Source: Felis catus (taxonomy: Eukaryota). Taken from it: a stretch of 64,000 nucleotides of DNA. A program made the position numbers and the translations under genes. Below the pieces are notes generated by a model that ran no database searches, had not been told where the DNA came from, and was given only the letters and a program-made list of their open reading frames with translations. Every line of letters begins with the position of its first letter. Positions within the stretch are counted from its first letter, which is position 1. Location of the stretch: NCBI RefSeq assembly GCF_018350175.1, contig NC_058383.1, positions 10,604,001 through 10,668,000 of the forward strand, read 5' to 3'. Shown here piece after piece: positions 12,201 through 24,210 of the stretch.

Positions 12201-14362
12201 ATTTCACCACAATGAAAAAAATATGTCATTTAAATTATTCACGTAAGTGATGTTGGAACGAACACATTAACTGACTTATGTCTTAGATGAATGTTTGTAA
12301 GTTACTTAATAAAGATAAGGTTTAAGGAGCGCCTGGGTGGCTCAGTCGGTTGGGCATCCGACTTCAGCTCGGGTCACGATCTCACGGTCCGTGGGTTCGA
12401 GCCCCGTGTCAGGCTCTGGGCTGATGGCTCAGAGCCTGGAGCCTGCTTCCGATTCTGTGTCTCCCTCTCTCTCTGCCCCTCCCCGTTCATGCTCTGTCTC
12501 TCTCTGTCTCAAAAATAAATAAAAAACGTTAAAAAAAAAATTTTTTTTTAAAGATAAGGTTTAAGGCTCAGGCCACTACAAAATCGCTTTCCGAAGATGC
12601 GATAAGCCAGTCTGCCCCAAAAGTGCAAAGGTGAGAGTTTTCCCTCCCGACTTCATATTAAGTCCGACAGGGGACTGAGAAGTCAAGGTCAATGTGTATA
12701 CTTCGCAAAGCACTCTACCTGTCTGCTTCATCGAGGATCATGATCTTGTGCCGCCCCTTGGGGAGGGTGACTTTCTGCTGGGCAAACATTTTGATTTTGT
12801 TCCTCACGACATCAATGCCCCTGAAACAACAAGGCAGAACGGTACCGTCACCTTCTGAGACAAGTCCAAGTGCCTTCATAGGGACTTCCAACACCCGGAA
12901 CGCCACCATGGAAATGACTTTCGTTTCTAGGGTTTTGGGGTAATTCGAACTTTTTATAAGGATCAACAGTTCGTTACTTTTATTCTTTCTTGGAGGTCTC
13001 CCAAAAACCAAATTTACTTACTTCTTTTGCTGGGATGAAACTCATTTTATCTTGCAATTACCCTAGGAGTCCAATGGACCCTTTTATAATCGGGGGTCCA
13101 TCATGGGTCTAAGCGACCTTATTCTTGAAACTCTGTATCTTCAGACTAACTGGCAGTGTCATCATCCTAGTAACTATTTCATCGTTACTTATCAGTTATT
13201 CCCAATGATGCTAAAAAGGGGATTGTCTTAAGAAAACGCAAGGCTGCTGCACTTGCCTACACTGGTGCCATTGGTCAGTCGTGTGAAAAACAGTCACTAC
13301 CGCCCTACCCTCCAGTGTTTTGTGTCCCTGGGGGCACTGCACTCCCTTTCCAGGAGGTACAAAAGAAGTTCAAATACGCCCTCTTTGTTGTTTTTAAAGC
13401 ATTCATCCACCGCAGCTGAAAATTCAAAACGCTTCCTTTTCCACCTACAACGTCAACGAGAAAACAGATGACAGGAGGGCATTCCACATTATCAGATAAA
13501 TCAGAAAATGACCACAAAGAGACAAAGAACAGCACCCAGACGCTAATGAGGACGGTGAGGCTGACCACAGTCAGACCACCCCACGATGCCAGCATCGTCG
13601 GTGAATTTTCTCAAACTTCGGCATCAAGGAATGCACAGTGTAGTTCCGAGGACAAAAAATAAAATATATTTCCATCCAGTTAGTCATTCGACAGGAAGGA
13701 CTTCATTCCCCGGGATCTTGTGACAAGAACCTGACCATCCCGGTTTGCTAAAACGTCACGTGACAGTATTCGCTCATCTCCCATGATGTGTGCCCACCAG
13801 CATGTACGGGGTAGTTTACGGGGGTCAAGAGCTGAAGGTAGGTGTTGTATACGAAGGGGACCGGAAGGAAACAGATGGAAAAAAAACCAATCCTTGTACT
13901 GATTGTTCGAATTGGTGTTAATAAATCTAAAGTTGGAACTATTTTATAATTATGGGCCATTTTCTCAAGATGATAAGCCACCAGAGTTTTCAAAAGTAGT
14001 GAGTCTGACGAATCAAGTGTGAGTAGAACAAGAAGTGACAATAGGCTAGAACCTACTTGTATCTGACATCCAGACTCGGTATTTACAAAATGGATCAATC
14101 CCAGGGCCATTTGCGACAACGGATGAGCGGTTAGTCATATTTGAAGGGCATTGCCTGTTTCAGGGATGTTTGGATCTTCGAAACCAGCAAAGTATGGGGT
14201 GCCTGGGTGGTTCAGTCAGTTAAGCGTCCAACTTCAGTTCAGGTCATGATCTCATGGTCCGTGAGTTCGAACCCCGTATCGGGCTCTCTGCTGTCAGTGC
14301 AAAACCCGCTTCAAATCCTGTCTCCCTCTCTCTCTGCCCCTCCCCCAGTCATGCTCATACTT

Positions 14363-14399
<37 letters not shown>

Positions 14400-14880
14400 A
14401 TAAATAAATAAACATTTACAAAAAAAAAGACCCACAGGAAAATATTAAAGAGCTGAGAACCGGGGCACCTGGGTGGCTCAGTCAGTTGGGCGGCCGACTT
14501 CGGCTCAGGTCAGGATGTCGCGGTCTGTGAGTTCGAGCCCCGCGTTGGGCTCTGTGCTGACAGCTCAGAACCTGGAGCCTGTTTCAGATTCTGTGTCTCC
14601 CTCTCTCTGACCCTCCCCTGTTCATGCTTTGTCTCTCTCTGTCTCAAAACTAAATAAACGTTAAAAAAAAAAAATTAGGGGTGCCTGGGTGGCTCAGTCG
14701 GTTAAGCGTCCGACTTCGGCTCAGGTCATGATCTCGCGGTCCGTGAGTTCAAGCCCCGCGTCGGGCTCTGTGCTGACAGCTCAGAGCCTGGAGCCTGCTT
14801 CAGATTCTGTGTCTCCCTCTCTCTCTGAACTTCCCCCATTCATGCTCTGTCTCTCTCTGTCACAAAAATAAATAAAACAT

Positions 14881-14941
<61 letters not shown>

Positions 14942-16691
14942 ATAGCTGAGAACCATGCCTCAAGGAATAACCAAAGACAGACATTTTTATTCAACGGTTC
15001 CTCATTTCATAATCCTCTACTATTTTCATCTAAAGAGTAAACAGCACAGGGGACGCCTGAGTGGCTCAGTCAGTTAAGCATCTGGCTTTGGCTCAGGTCG
15101 TGATCTCGCAGTTCGTGGGTTTGAGCCCCGCGTCGGGCCCTGTGCTGACACCTTGGAGCCTGGAGCCTGCTTCGGATTCTGTGTCTCCCTCTCTCTCTGA
15201 CCTTCCCCCACTCACGCACTGTCTCTCCGTGTCTCAAAAATAAATAAACTTAAAAAAAAAAAAAAGAGCAAACAGCACCTCACACCCATCAGGATGACTA
15301 CCATCACCAACGAAAACAGAAAACAACAAGTGTTGGTGAAGATGTCGGGGAACAGGGTGCTGTTGATAGGAGTGCAAAGTGGCACAGCCACCGTGGAAAA
15401 ACAGTGTGGCGGTTCCTACAAAAGCTAAACTGAGTGGCCGAAAATCATCCAGCGAGTCCATTTCTGAGCATATATCCAAAATAACTGAGGCAGGGTCTCA
15501 AAGAGCTGTTGGTACACCCATGTTCACAGCGGCCACAAGATGGAAGCGATGCAGGGGGCCGAACCAGAGGAAAGGATAAGCAAAACGTGGCGGCCGTCCT
15601 CGCAGGGGGATGCTACTCGGTGGTAAAAAGGAAGGGCATTCTGACACCTGTTCTAACACGGAAGAGCCCCGAGGGCATGATGCTGAGCGACACAGGCCCG
15701 TTAGGAAGAGACAAATGCTAGAGGATTCCACCTCGGAGAGGTCCCTAGAGGAGTCAAAGTCGTCGAAACGGAAGGTAGAAACGTGGCTGCCCAGGGCTGG
15801 GGGAGAAGGAAATGGACAGTCGTTGTTGAATGGATATCCACTCTCGGTTCTGCAGGGAACCGAGTTGTGGGGATGGCTGCACAACAGCGTGAACATACTT
15901 AACGCTGCTGAACTGTGCTCTTGGAAATTCTGAAGATGGGGGCGTCCAGCTGGCTCAGGCGGTAGAGCGTGTGATTCTCGATCTGGGGGTTGTGACTTCA
16001 AGCCCCACGTGGAGTGTGGAGATTACTTAGAAAAATAAAATAAAATCTTAAAAACAATTTTTTAAGATGACACATTTTACGGTTATGTGTATTTTACCAC
16101 AAAAATTAAAAATAATTTTTAGGGGCGCCTGGGTGGCTCAGTCGGTCAAGCGTCCAACTTCAGCCCAGGTCATGATCTCTTGGTTCGTGAGTTCGTGCCC
16201 GGCACCGGGCTCTGTGCTGTCAGCGAAGAGCCCACTTTGCATCCTCTGTCCCTCTCTCTCTACACCCTTTACTGGCTCACTCTCTTTCTCAAAACTAAAC
16301 AAACATTAGGGGCACCTGGGTGGCTCAGTCAGTTAGGTATCCGACTTCGGCTCAGGTCATGATCCTGCAGTTCGTGAGTTCGAGCCTTGCGTCAGGCTCT
16401 GTGCTGACAGCTCAGAGCCTGAAGCCTCCTTTGGATTCTGTGTCTCCCTCTCTCTGCCCCTCCTCCGCTTGTGCTCTGTCTCTCTCAAAATAATAAGCAT
16501 AATATAAATAAATAAATAATAAGAAAATACAAATAACTTCTAAAACTTTCATTAAAAAAAGGGGCACCTGGATGGCTCCATTGGTTAAGTGTCCGACTTT
16601 GGCTCAGGTCATGATCTCGTGGTTCGTGGGCTCGAGCCCCACATCGGGCTCTGTGCTGACAGCTCAAAGCCCAGAGCCTGCTTCAGATTCT

Positions 16692-16739
<48 letters not shown>

Positions 16740-19700
16740 CTCCTCCTCCTCCTCTCCCACTTGTGCTCTATCTCTGTCTCTCAAAAATAAACACTAAAAA
16801 CATTAAAAAAAAACCAAAACTTTCATTAAAAAAAACACAAAGTGGCACTGTTGAGTGTCCGACTTCAGCTCAGGTCATGATCTCATGAGTTTGAGCCCCA
16901 CATCAAGCTCTCTGCTGTCAGTGTGGAGCCTCCTTTGGATCCTCTGTCCAGCCCCCCCCTCTCTGCCCCTCCCCTGCTCGTACTCTCCCTCTTTCTCAAA
17001 AATAAAAACATAAAAAAAAAAAAGTAGACGAGCAGTTCAAGTGCTTATGATGCCACGTCTACAGGCTAGAGACTCTCATTGTTCACGGGGGAGGATCAAA
17101 GGAAAACACAGAGCTGGCGAGACAAACTCCAGGTACAACACAGAACTGCAGAAAGGCGGTTTCTATGGCAACTCAACCTCAAACACTCGTCACCCTTCAG
17201 GGGGTCCTAACTCCCAGGTGTACCTGTCGTTTGAGGCGTTGAGCTCCAAGACAGCGTCCTTGAATGCTGGGCCCAGCAGGGCGCGTGCCAAACACAGGAT
17301 GCTTGTAGTTTTGCCCGTTCCTGGGGGGCCCTAGGAGGAGATCGAGGGGGCTTCAGGCCGACAGGATGAACTCGCCTCAGCTCTCGAGTTACTGTTCCCC
17401 ACTGTTGCGCTTGCCTCCCCCTCAAACCCCCACCCCAAATCAATACGGCCACCAGCCCACAGGCCTCCTGACCACCTGGAGCTGCACGCTTCCCTGCCAA
17501 GAGGAAGGGCCAGGGCTTCGGTGGCCATGGGCCTCTCTGACCAGGAAGCTCTGCGCACTTAGGCTCTTGGAGGGAAAGTGAGACTCTAAGACGTCCAACA
17601 GGGAGGGCCGGGACCAGGTACTTACGGCGATGATAATATTGGGCACATTCCCTTCTCTTGCAAAGACCTGAAGAAAGAAATGTACATCAGAACTGACTCA
17701 TCTGCAGACCTGAGGCACCGAGCGTCCGCAGCCACACAGGCCCGTGGACTAGCACGGCCACCAGTTTCTCCACGCGGATGCCCCACGGAGCTCTCACCTC
17801 TGCATATTCCGAACGGAAGTCCTCATTCCCCCTCACACCTGAAACCCCACTCAGGCTTCCCCTTGTGTGGACTGTCAATCCTATTGCCCATGCCGGGAAC
17901 CGGGAGGTCATGGCTATCCTGGACTGGGCCTCCCCTACACCCCCTGCCCCACATAGTGCCTCAATTACAGAGGCCTGGTCATCCTTTTTCCTTTATCTCA
18001 AGTCCATTTCCTTCTCCTCAGCCACATTGCCACTTCCTTTGTCTATGACCTCTCTCCTGATCGCTTTTAACTGGTCGCTAGCTGGTCTTTAATCCCGCCC
18101 CACTCCCATGCATTTTCCCTACTGCGACCACAACCAATTTCCCAATTTTCTAGAATGCACATCTATTAAAACCTTTGCACCTGACTGATGCCCTTGGAGG
18201 ACTCCTTGCCGCCCTCCCTATGAAGCCCAAACTCTTCCACAGGGCTCATGAGGCCGTGCTCACCTCACCAGCTCCCGATACACACGCTCTACATACAGCC
18301 TTGTTACCCTGTGGGCTCCAAGGACCAGCAGCATCGGCATCCTCCGGGAGCCTTCAGAAATGCAGATTCCCTGGCCCCACTCCAGACCTACTGGATCAGA
18401 TCTGCATTGCTACCAATTCCTACACCCATTAATTAATTAATTGTAGGCAATTCCTACACCCAGTAACGTCTGGAAAGCACTGTTCTGTGTGTGCCACTCA
18501 GATGGCCTCCCCGCCCCTCCCCCAGAGCAAGCTAGGCCCTCTCACCTCTGGGCCTTTGCACATGCCATTCCTGCTGCCTTCCCTAGCTCCGCCCCCCGCT
18601 CCCCATGTCTGGCTAACTCTCACATACCTATCTTTGCCGTCCCTTGTTCCATTTGAGAATTAAGATACCGTGAGCAGGTTTATTCCCTGATTGCTTCCAC
18701 AGCAGCCTGTACCTCCTCTGGCAGACTGCTCATCACAGTGCCTGTTGATTTCAGCCCCTGTGAGACTAAATCCCACACGGGCAGGGGGTCAGGTCTATTT
18801 TGTTGACCCTTCTATCAACAGCTCCTAACACTGGACCATATCTGGCCCACGAAAGATACTCAACTATCTGTAAAATAAGCAAAGGTGTAAAAGAAATAAA
18901 TATCTCGGTAGCTGTTGAAGTCTGAGTCCCAGTTACTGCGGAGATTGTCTCTGTCAGGTCTCAAACGGCTGGGCTTCTAGATTCCACCTGAAGACCTCTA
19001 GAACTAGGATTTCAAAGCTTGCTCTGCGGTGAGCATTTCTGCTTGTTCCTATTCCCGTCGTCCTGAAGCCGGCTGTCCTGTCACTTAGTCCCTCTAGGAA
19101 GGGGTTGGCAAACTACTGTAAAGAGGTGTTGGGGGGAGGTGGGGGCCATCCAGCCTAAGGCCTGTTTTTATGAGCCCCCTAGCTAAGAACAGTTTCTTCT
19201 ACATGTTTAAAGGATCGTTTTAAAAAATTAAGAATACTGGGGTGCCTGGGTGGCTCAGCCGTTTAGGCGTCTGACTCTTGATCTCGGCTCAGGTCATGAT
19301 CTCACAGCTCATGGGATCGAGCCCCACGTCAGGCTCTGTGCTGACAGCAAGGAGCTTGCTTGGGATTCTCTCTCTCTGCCCCTCCCCCACTTGCACGTGC
19401 TCTCTCTCTCTCTCTCTCTCTCTCTCAAAATGAATAAACACTAAAAAAATTTTAGGGGAGCCTGGGTGGCTCAGTCAGTTAAGCATCTGACTTCGGCTCA
19501 GGTCACGGTCTCACAGCTTGTAAGTTCGAGCCCCACGTGGGGCTCTGTGCTGACAGCTCACAGCCTGGAACCTGCTTTGGATTCTGTGTCTCTGTCTCTC
19601 TGCCCCTCCCCCGCTTGCACACTCTCTGTCTCTCTCTCTCTCTCTCTGGAAAATAAACATTAAAAATGAAAAAAAAATTTTTAAATAAAAAATAACAAAC

Positions 19701-22700
19701 AAAAAATTTAAAAATTAAGAATATTGGACAAAGACCTTACATGGTTTGCAAAGCCTAAGCTATTGACTAGTAGGTCTTTACAGAAAAAGTTTGCCATCCC
19801 TGCTCTAGAACAACACAGAACAAGTCAGGGAAACCCCCTCCAATTAGGCAGCCCTTTAAACATGTGAAGTTATCCACCATGACTTCTAGTCTTCTCCAGA
19901 CTGTCTCTCCATCCCTTAATTCTTCTGGATTCCAGGCCCGCCCCGCCCCTCACGATCTCCGCCGTCTTCCTGCAAATGCCTTGAGCTTGTCAAAGCCACA
20001 AGAATGTGACGTAAGATCAGCTCAAAAACAAAACAAAAAAAATTACTCACCTCCAGCCTGCTCACAGTGTCTTCATTGCCGACAATTTCACTCAACTTCA
20101 CTGGCCTGTATTTTTCAACCCTGTTTTTAAGAAAACACATAAAGATCTTGACAGGACTATTTTCAGAAGGCCCAAAAGAAAGCACTAGAGGGCAATCCCG
20201 AGAGCCCTGTCAGAAGGCTACATAGGGGCGCCTGGGTGGCTCGGTCGGTTAAGCATCTGACTTCGGCTCAGGTCATGATCTCGCGGTCCGTGAGTTCGAG
20301 CCCCGCGTCGGGCTCTGTGCTGACCGCTCGGAGCCTGGAGCCTGTTTCAGATTCTGTGTCTCCCTCTCTCTGACCCTCCCCTGTTCATGCTCTGTCTCTC
20401 CCTGTCTCAAAAATAAATAAAATGTTAAAAAAAAAAAAAAGAAGGCTACATACATTCAATTTAAATATAGGAAACGCTGCAGGTTTTAAATTTCAAGAGG
20501 CATCTCAGTGCCATTTGAAAGGTTAAGCGCCTAAGAATTGTGTGCCGAAGGCTTCAAACCCTCCGCAGCAGAGGAACACCTGTTGTTGCTGGAGAAGGGC
20601 CAGCGCGGGCCATCTGGAACAACGTGACACTGTGCAGTGGCACAGTCGGCCCGTCACAACAGAGTCTCAGAACATGAGGCGCCGACACCTGATCTGACGC
20701 ACCCGGGCGCAACCAAGCCCCCTTCTCGTCCCTCACCTGCCACTTTCTGCAGACTTGCGCCAGGTGCACCGCAGGGCTGGCTAGACAGGCTCCACAGGCC
20801 GGCCCTGTGACCCTGTGCGGACAGGCTAGTGGCTTACTCAGAGCCATGCTTCTCTCCTTTTAAATTAGTAAGCAAGCTATGTCACAAGAAGATGACCTTC
20901 TCGAGCTCCGAGAACAGAAGTGGGAGTGGATTTGCAATGATGTGACCATTAGTACTTCCTCTGCCCTTTATTATACTCTCTGATTTACCCTCGGCCGGCA
21001 TCCCCTCCAGAAGCAGCCTCATGCAAAGAAGCTTGTTTGACACATAGTGCAGTCAATAAAGAGCTCTCTTCCAAGACCAGCCGTTGGAGCATGCTTGTTC
21101 CAACTCATTTCTTGTTCCTACTCGGCCCTTTCCAGGTGTCTTTTATTTTTTTTTTTTCAGTTATTTATTTATTTTGAGGGAGAGAAAGCGGTGTGTGCGT
21201 GGGGCAGGGGCAGAGAGACAGAATCCCACGCAGGCCCGACGCTGTCAGTGCAGAGCCCAACTAGGGGCCTGATCTCACGACTGAGCCACCCAGGCGTCCC
21301 AGGGGTTTGAGATGTTAAGCCGCAAAGTGGAAGGTATAGGAACAAGCGAGACATTGTTCTTGCTCTAAAGGCCTTTCCTATTAGCAAGCATACAGAGCTT
21401 AACAAATCCTACTACGGTGCTAAACTGGTTATATAAACCAAGTGCTGGGGTGCCTGGGTGACTCAGTCGATTGAGCGTCTGACTTTAGCTCAGAGCATGA
21501 TCTCGAGGTTCGTGAGTTCAAGCCCTGCATCAGGCTCGCTGCTGTCAGCACAGAGCCCCCTTCAGATCCTCCGTCCCCCTCTCTCTCTGCCCTTCCCCTG
21601 CTTGCGCTCTCTCAAAAATAAGTAAAACATTAAAAAAAAAAAAAAAAATACAAGGGCTGTGGAAGCCCAGAGGGAGGGAATCACCACCGAGGAATGTAGG
21701 TGCTGAAATTTAAGCTAGACTTTGAACAAGGCAAACATGTTCCTCCTTCAGGGCCTTCAGAGGGGCTCCCCATGCCTGAAAGCTTTCTCCACATTGCCAC
21801 ATGGCTTACTCCCTGAATTCCAGCCTTTGCTGAAATAGCTCATCAAAGGCCTTCCCTGACCACCAGACCCACTTACCCCATGCCACCTGTCATCAGTAAA
21901 TATACATGTCTACTTGTCGACTCTCTATTCTTTCCCTATCCAGTGGAAGCTCATGACAGTCGTGTGTTTTGTATAATGAAGTAAGCATCTAGTGTTGTGC
22001 ATAAAAAATGTAACTTAAGCCACATATGTAACTTTACACTTTCTAGCAACCACCTTAAAAAAGGTAAAAAGGGGCGCCCAGGTGGCTCAGTTGGTTCGGC
22101 ATGTGACTCCATTTCAGCTCAGGCCGTAGTCCTAGGGTCATGGGATGGAGCCCTGTGTTGAGCCCCGCATTGGGCACCGTGCTGAGTGGAGCCTGCTTGG
22201 GATTCCTTCTCTCTCTAACTCTGCCCCTCTCCCCCACACTACCTCTGTCTCAATTTCAAAAAAAAAAAATTAAGATAAAAAGAAAACGGGTAAAGTTAAT
22301 TTTACTAGTAATTTATTGAACCTAGGGGCTGTGCTGACAGCTCGGAGCCTGGAGCCTGCTTTGGATTCTGTGTCTCCCTCTCTCTTCCCCTTACGTACTT
22401 GTGCTCTGTCTCTCTCAAAAATAAACATTAAAAAAAATTTTTTAAATAATTTATTGGACCTAATATATCCGAAAGAGTATCATTTCAACATGTAGTTAAT
22501 GTAACAATTACTAATGAGATTTTTTATTTTTTTTAAACTTTTTTTTTTAACGTTTTTATTTATTTTTGAGACAGAGAGAGACACAGCATGAACGGGGGAG
22601 GGGCAGAGAGAGAGAGACACACAGAATCGGAAGCAGGCTCCAGACTCTGAGCCATCAGCCCAGAGCCCGACGCGGGGCTCGAACTCGCAGACCGCGAGAT

Positions 22701-23599
22701 CGTGACCTGAGCTGAAGTCGGACGCTTAACCGACTGGGCCACCCAGGCGCCCCACTAATGAGATTTTTTAAATCCTAAGTCCTGGAAATCCAGTGTATTT
22801 TGTATACTTAGAGCCCATCTCAATTGGGACTAGCCTCATTTCCGGTGCACTCCATAGACTCAAGTGGCTAGCGGCTGGGGGACTGGACAGTGCAGCTGTG
22901 GATAGCCCAGTGGGCTGTACTGCACTCCATTTAGGTGCCTGCTATGGTCAAGAGGGGTGGTCTGGAAAGATGGGCACACACACAGGCGAGAGAGTAAAGC
23001 CATTACCACGCGCATAGGGAGTGGGACCGGAGCGGATCATCCATACCACACCTGTGCCCGTGAGGTGGCTTCCCATGTCACCAGCTCCTCTTAGCTACCC
23101 AGGATGCACCTTGCGCACGCAACCCCGAGTTCCGAATCTGCAACCAACGCTTCCCGACATCAGCGTCGCCCCAGGCACAGCGCCGGGTGCTGAGTGGGTG
23201 GTCACAGGAGGCGGCTATTAACACAGTCTGTGATCACAGGTCTCGGTTCTGACCGAGGATACCCTCCCCCCCCCAGACTTCAGACCGGCCACTCTTGAGC
23301 TAGGTGGGGTCAACGAAGCGCATCCCTCGCCCTCTCCAAATACTAATGTACTCGACGCCGTCCCGGGACCTCCTGCTCCGCTAAGGAGCCTCTGGAACAA
23401 GCTCCAGCCCCTGGATTCCCCACGGGACGCGGCCCGCCCACTCGCCCAGCCACACGTCCAGAGCACCCATCATTTATGGCCTGGGTCCTCACCACGGCAG
23501 CTCGTAGTGGCTGGCGCTGCCCGCGGTCTTGCCGGAGGCGGGGGCAGAGTCCTGGGCCCCCAGCTCTCCTGCGCCACCGCCGCTCTCCCGCACCTCCAT
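4486..23599 (-). CDS. RFC2: Replication factor C subunit 2 (clamp-loader AAA+ ATPase); full 11-exon coding span, 352 aa
   Basis: Exons join in frame (107+70+42+107+102+101+158+66+81+114+111 = 1059 nt) with GT-AG at all ten introns. Protein has [25 protein letters not shown] and C-terminal [12 protein letters not shown]. Confidence 0.99.
4800..5282. mobile_element. Nested CAN-SINEs: young + copy (4852-5080) inside the tail of a - copy
   Basis: Inner TSD taaatgtttatttactct (4833-4850 and 5081-5098); outer TSD tgtaagatact. Confidence 0.93.
5320..6470 (+). mobile_element. Old L1M 3' region relic interrupted by a SINE (6028-6230)
   Basis: Typical L1M phrases: tatttgtaaaacacatacctgataaagga, gaaatgcacataa, ttggcagtttctt, ttccatttata-gacattctggaaa. 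Confidence 0.75.
6711..6824 (-). CDS. RFC2: RFC2 exon 10 ([38 protein letters not shown])
   Basis: gtttag| acceptor, AAG|gtcagt donor; 114 nt. Confidence 0.98.
8336..8416 (-). CDS. RFC2: RFC2 exon 9 ([27 protein letters not shown])
   Basis: gctcag| acceptor, AAG|gttggc donor; 81 nt. Confidence 0.98.
9720..9785 (-). CDS. RFC2: RFC2 exon 8 ([22 protein letters not shown])
   Basis: ccacag| acceptor, AAG|gtacag donor; 66 nt. Confidence 0.98.
9927..10084 (-). CDS. RFC2: RFC2 exon 7 ([18 protein letters not shown]...[12 protein letters not shown] arginine-finger motif)
   Basis: cttcag| acceptor, CAG|gtgcgt donor; 158 nt. Confidence 0.98.
11290..11390 (-). CDS. RFC2: RFC2 exon 6 ([33 protein letters not shown])
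   Basis: tctcag| acceptor, G|gtgagg donor; 101 nt. Confidence 0.98.
11560..12220 (+). mobile_element. Carnivore L1 3' end with internal SINE (11658-11855) and (TAAA)n tail, followed by an older L1M scrap
   Basis: tatgttgtgcacctgaaactaatgtaacactgtgtcaacta is a typical carnivore L1 3' terminus. Confidence 0.8.
12719..12820 (-). CDS. RFC2: RFC2 exon 5 ([33 protein letters not shown]; Walker B)
   Basis: tttcag| acceptor, AG|gtagag donor; 102 nt. Confidence 0.98.
14195..15265 (+). mobile_element. Four CAN-SINEs (three head-to-tail) with an expanded (TAAA)n tail at 14885-14943
   Basis: Heads at ~14195, 14462, 14678 and 15048. Confidence 0.93.
15266..16115 (+). mobile_element. L1M (L1MB-like) 3' end relic with a short SINE insert
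   Basis: cacctcacacccatcaggatg, aacaagtgttggtgaagatgt, acacccatgttcacagc, tattttaccacaaaaa. Confidence 0.85.
16121..17025 (+). mobile_element. Four tandem CAN-SINEs
   Basis: Heads at ~16122, 16309, 16561 and a truncated copy at ~16845. Confidence 0.93.
17224..17330 (-). CDS. RFC2: RFC2 exon 4 ([35 protein letters not shown]; Walker A)
   Basis: ctcctag| acceptor, AG|gtacac donor; 107 nt. Confidence 0.98.
17626..17667 (-). CDS. RFC2: RFC2 exon 3 ([14 protein letters not shown])
   Basis: ttcag| acceptor, |gtaagt donor; 42 nt. Confidence 0.98.
18295..18483. mobile_element. MER5A-like hAT-Charlie DNA transposon relic
   Basis: ggaccagcagcatcggcatc...agaaatgcagatt...ccagacctactg...tctgcatt. Confidence 0.75.
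19100..19802 (+). mobile_element. MER58-like hAT element split by two SINEs (19239-19700)
   Basis: Termini ggggttggcaaact and agtttgccatccctg; 8-bp TSD ctctagga (19092-19099) and ctctagaa (19803-19810). Confidence 0.8.
20051..20120 (-). CDS. RFC2: RFC2 exon 2 ([23 protein letters not shown])
   Basis: aaacag| acceptor, |gtgagt donor; 70 nt; RFC box II. Confidence 0.98.
21990..22895. mobile_element. MER33/MER3-like hAT relic interrupted by three SINEs
   Basis: agccacatatgtaa, tatcatttcaacatgta, gtggctagcggct...ggacagtgcag. Confidence 0.7.
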
Positions 23600-24210
23600 T
23601 CTCCCGCCGCCTCTTCCCGCGCCCGAAGCCCCGCCCCGTGACGCCATCACGCAAGCCCCGCCCCGAGCACACACGGGGGACGCCGGTCGCCTGCGGAAGA
23701 CTTGGGCCCACCCCTTTTGCGCCTGCGCAGAGAGTACCAGCGAGACCGGGGGTTGCGGGGGTGTCGGTTGCTAGAGGCCGCGGTTGCTAAGGGAGGCCTG
23801 GCGTCCAGCCCGCTAGTGAGAGGAAGGCGAGACCCGACCGCATCGACTTCCGAGAAGGCAGGTCGCTCCAGGAAGGGACGTTCGGCTGTTTTCGTCTTTG
23901 TGTGATTGGTCTGGGAGGCCCTGTCAGCGTGGCTGGCCAGGAGCGGTGGCGCGCGGGCAGGCCTGGGGGGTGGGAGCATCCCGCCGCCGCCCAGACGTGG
24001 GTTTGACGGCGGACACGCGTAGGGACTGAACGTCTGGGCGGTGTCATCTGGGACCTGACTGTGCCCAGCTGTCCGGATCGCTCAGGTGTCCCGGTGGAAA
24101 CGCTAGCTCCCATGGAGTGCGCTCCTGCGCCCTGGAACTTGGCGCTTGCGATCGGGGAGTTTTCCCAGTGTTGCACGGTGGAAGTAACCCCCGTTTTGCA
24201 GAGGCGGCAA
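23340..24210. promoter_or_regulatory. RFC2: RFC2 CpG-island promoter
   Basis: Dense CpG around exon 1. E2F-like TTCCCGCG at 23614-23621, NRF1-like TGCGCCTGCGCA at 23718-23729, CCAAT box (attgg on +) at 23905-23909. This combination is typical of TATA-less S-phase genes. Confidence 0.85.
23493..23599 (-). CDS. RFC2: RFC2 coding exon 1 ([16 protein letters not shown]...HYELPW)
   Basis: ATG at 23599-23597; donor TG|gtgagg; 107 nt. Confidence 0.97.

Noticed and set aside
13060..13172. C/D-box snoRNA-like arrangement on the RFC2 sense strand (ATGATGA, CTGA, short terminal stem)
   Set aside because: No D box (CTGA) next to the 3' stem, and the motifs are short enough to be chance; a snoscan/Rfam hit would be needed.
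14141..17025. Recurrent ~60-aa ORFs ([16 protein letters not shown]...) resembling a repeated gene family or array
   Set aside because: These are translations of CAN-SINE copies, with tRNA-like heads, CT tracts, A-tails and TSDs; not genes and not CRISPR.
23600..23674. In-frame upstream extension of RFC2 exon 1 in the ORF track (MCARGGACVMASRGG...)
   Set aside because: An upstream in-frame ATG exists (~23647) but lies at or near the likely transcription start, and homology to RFC2 begins at MEV (23599); no evidence it is used.
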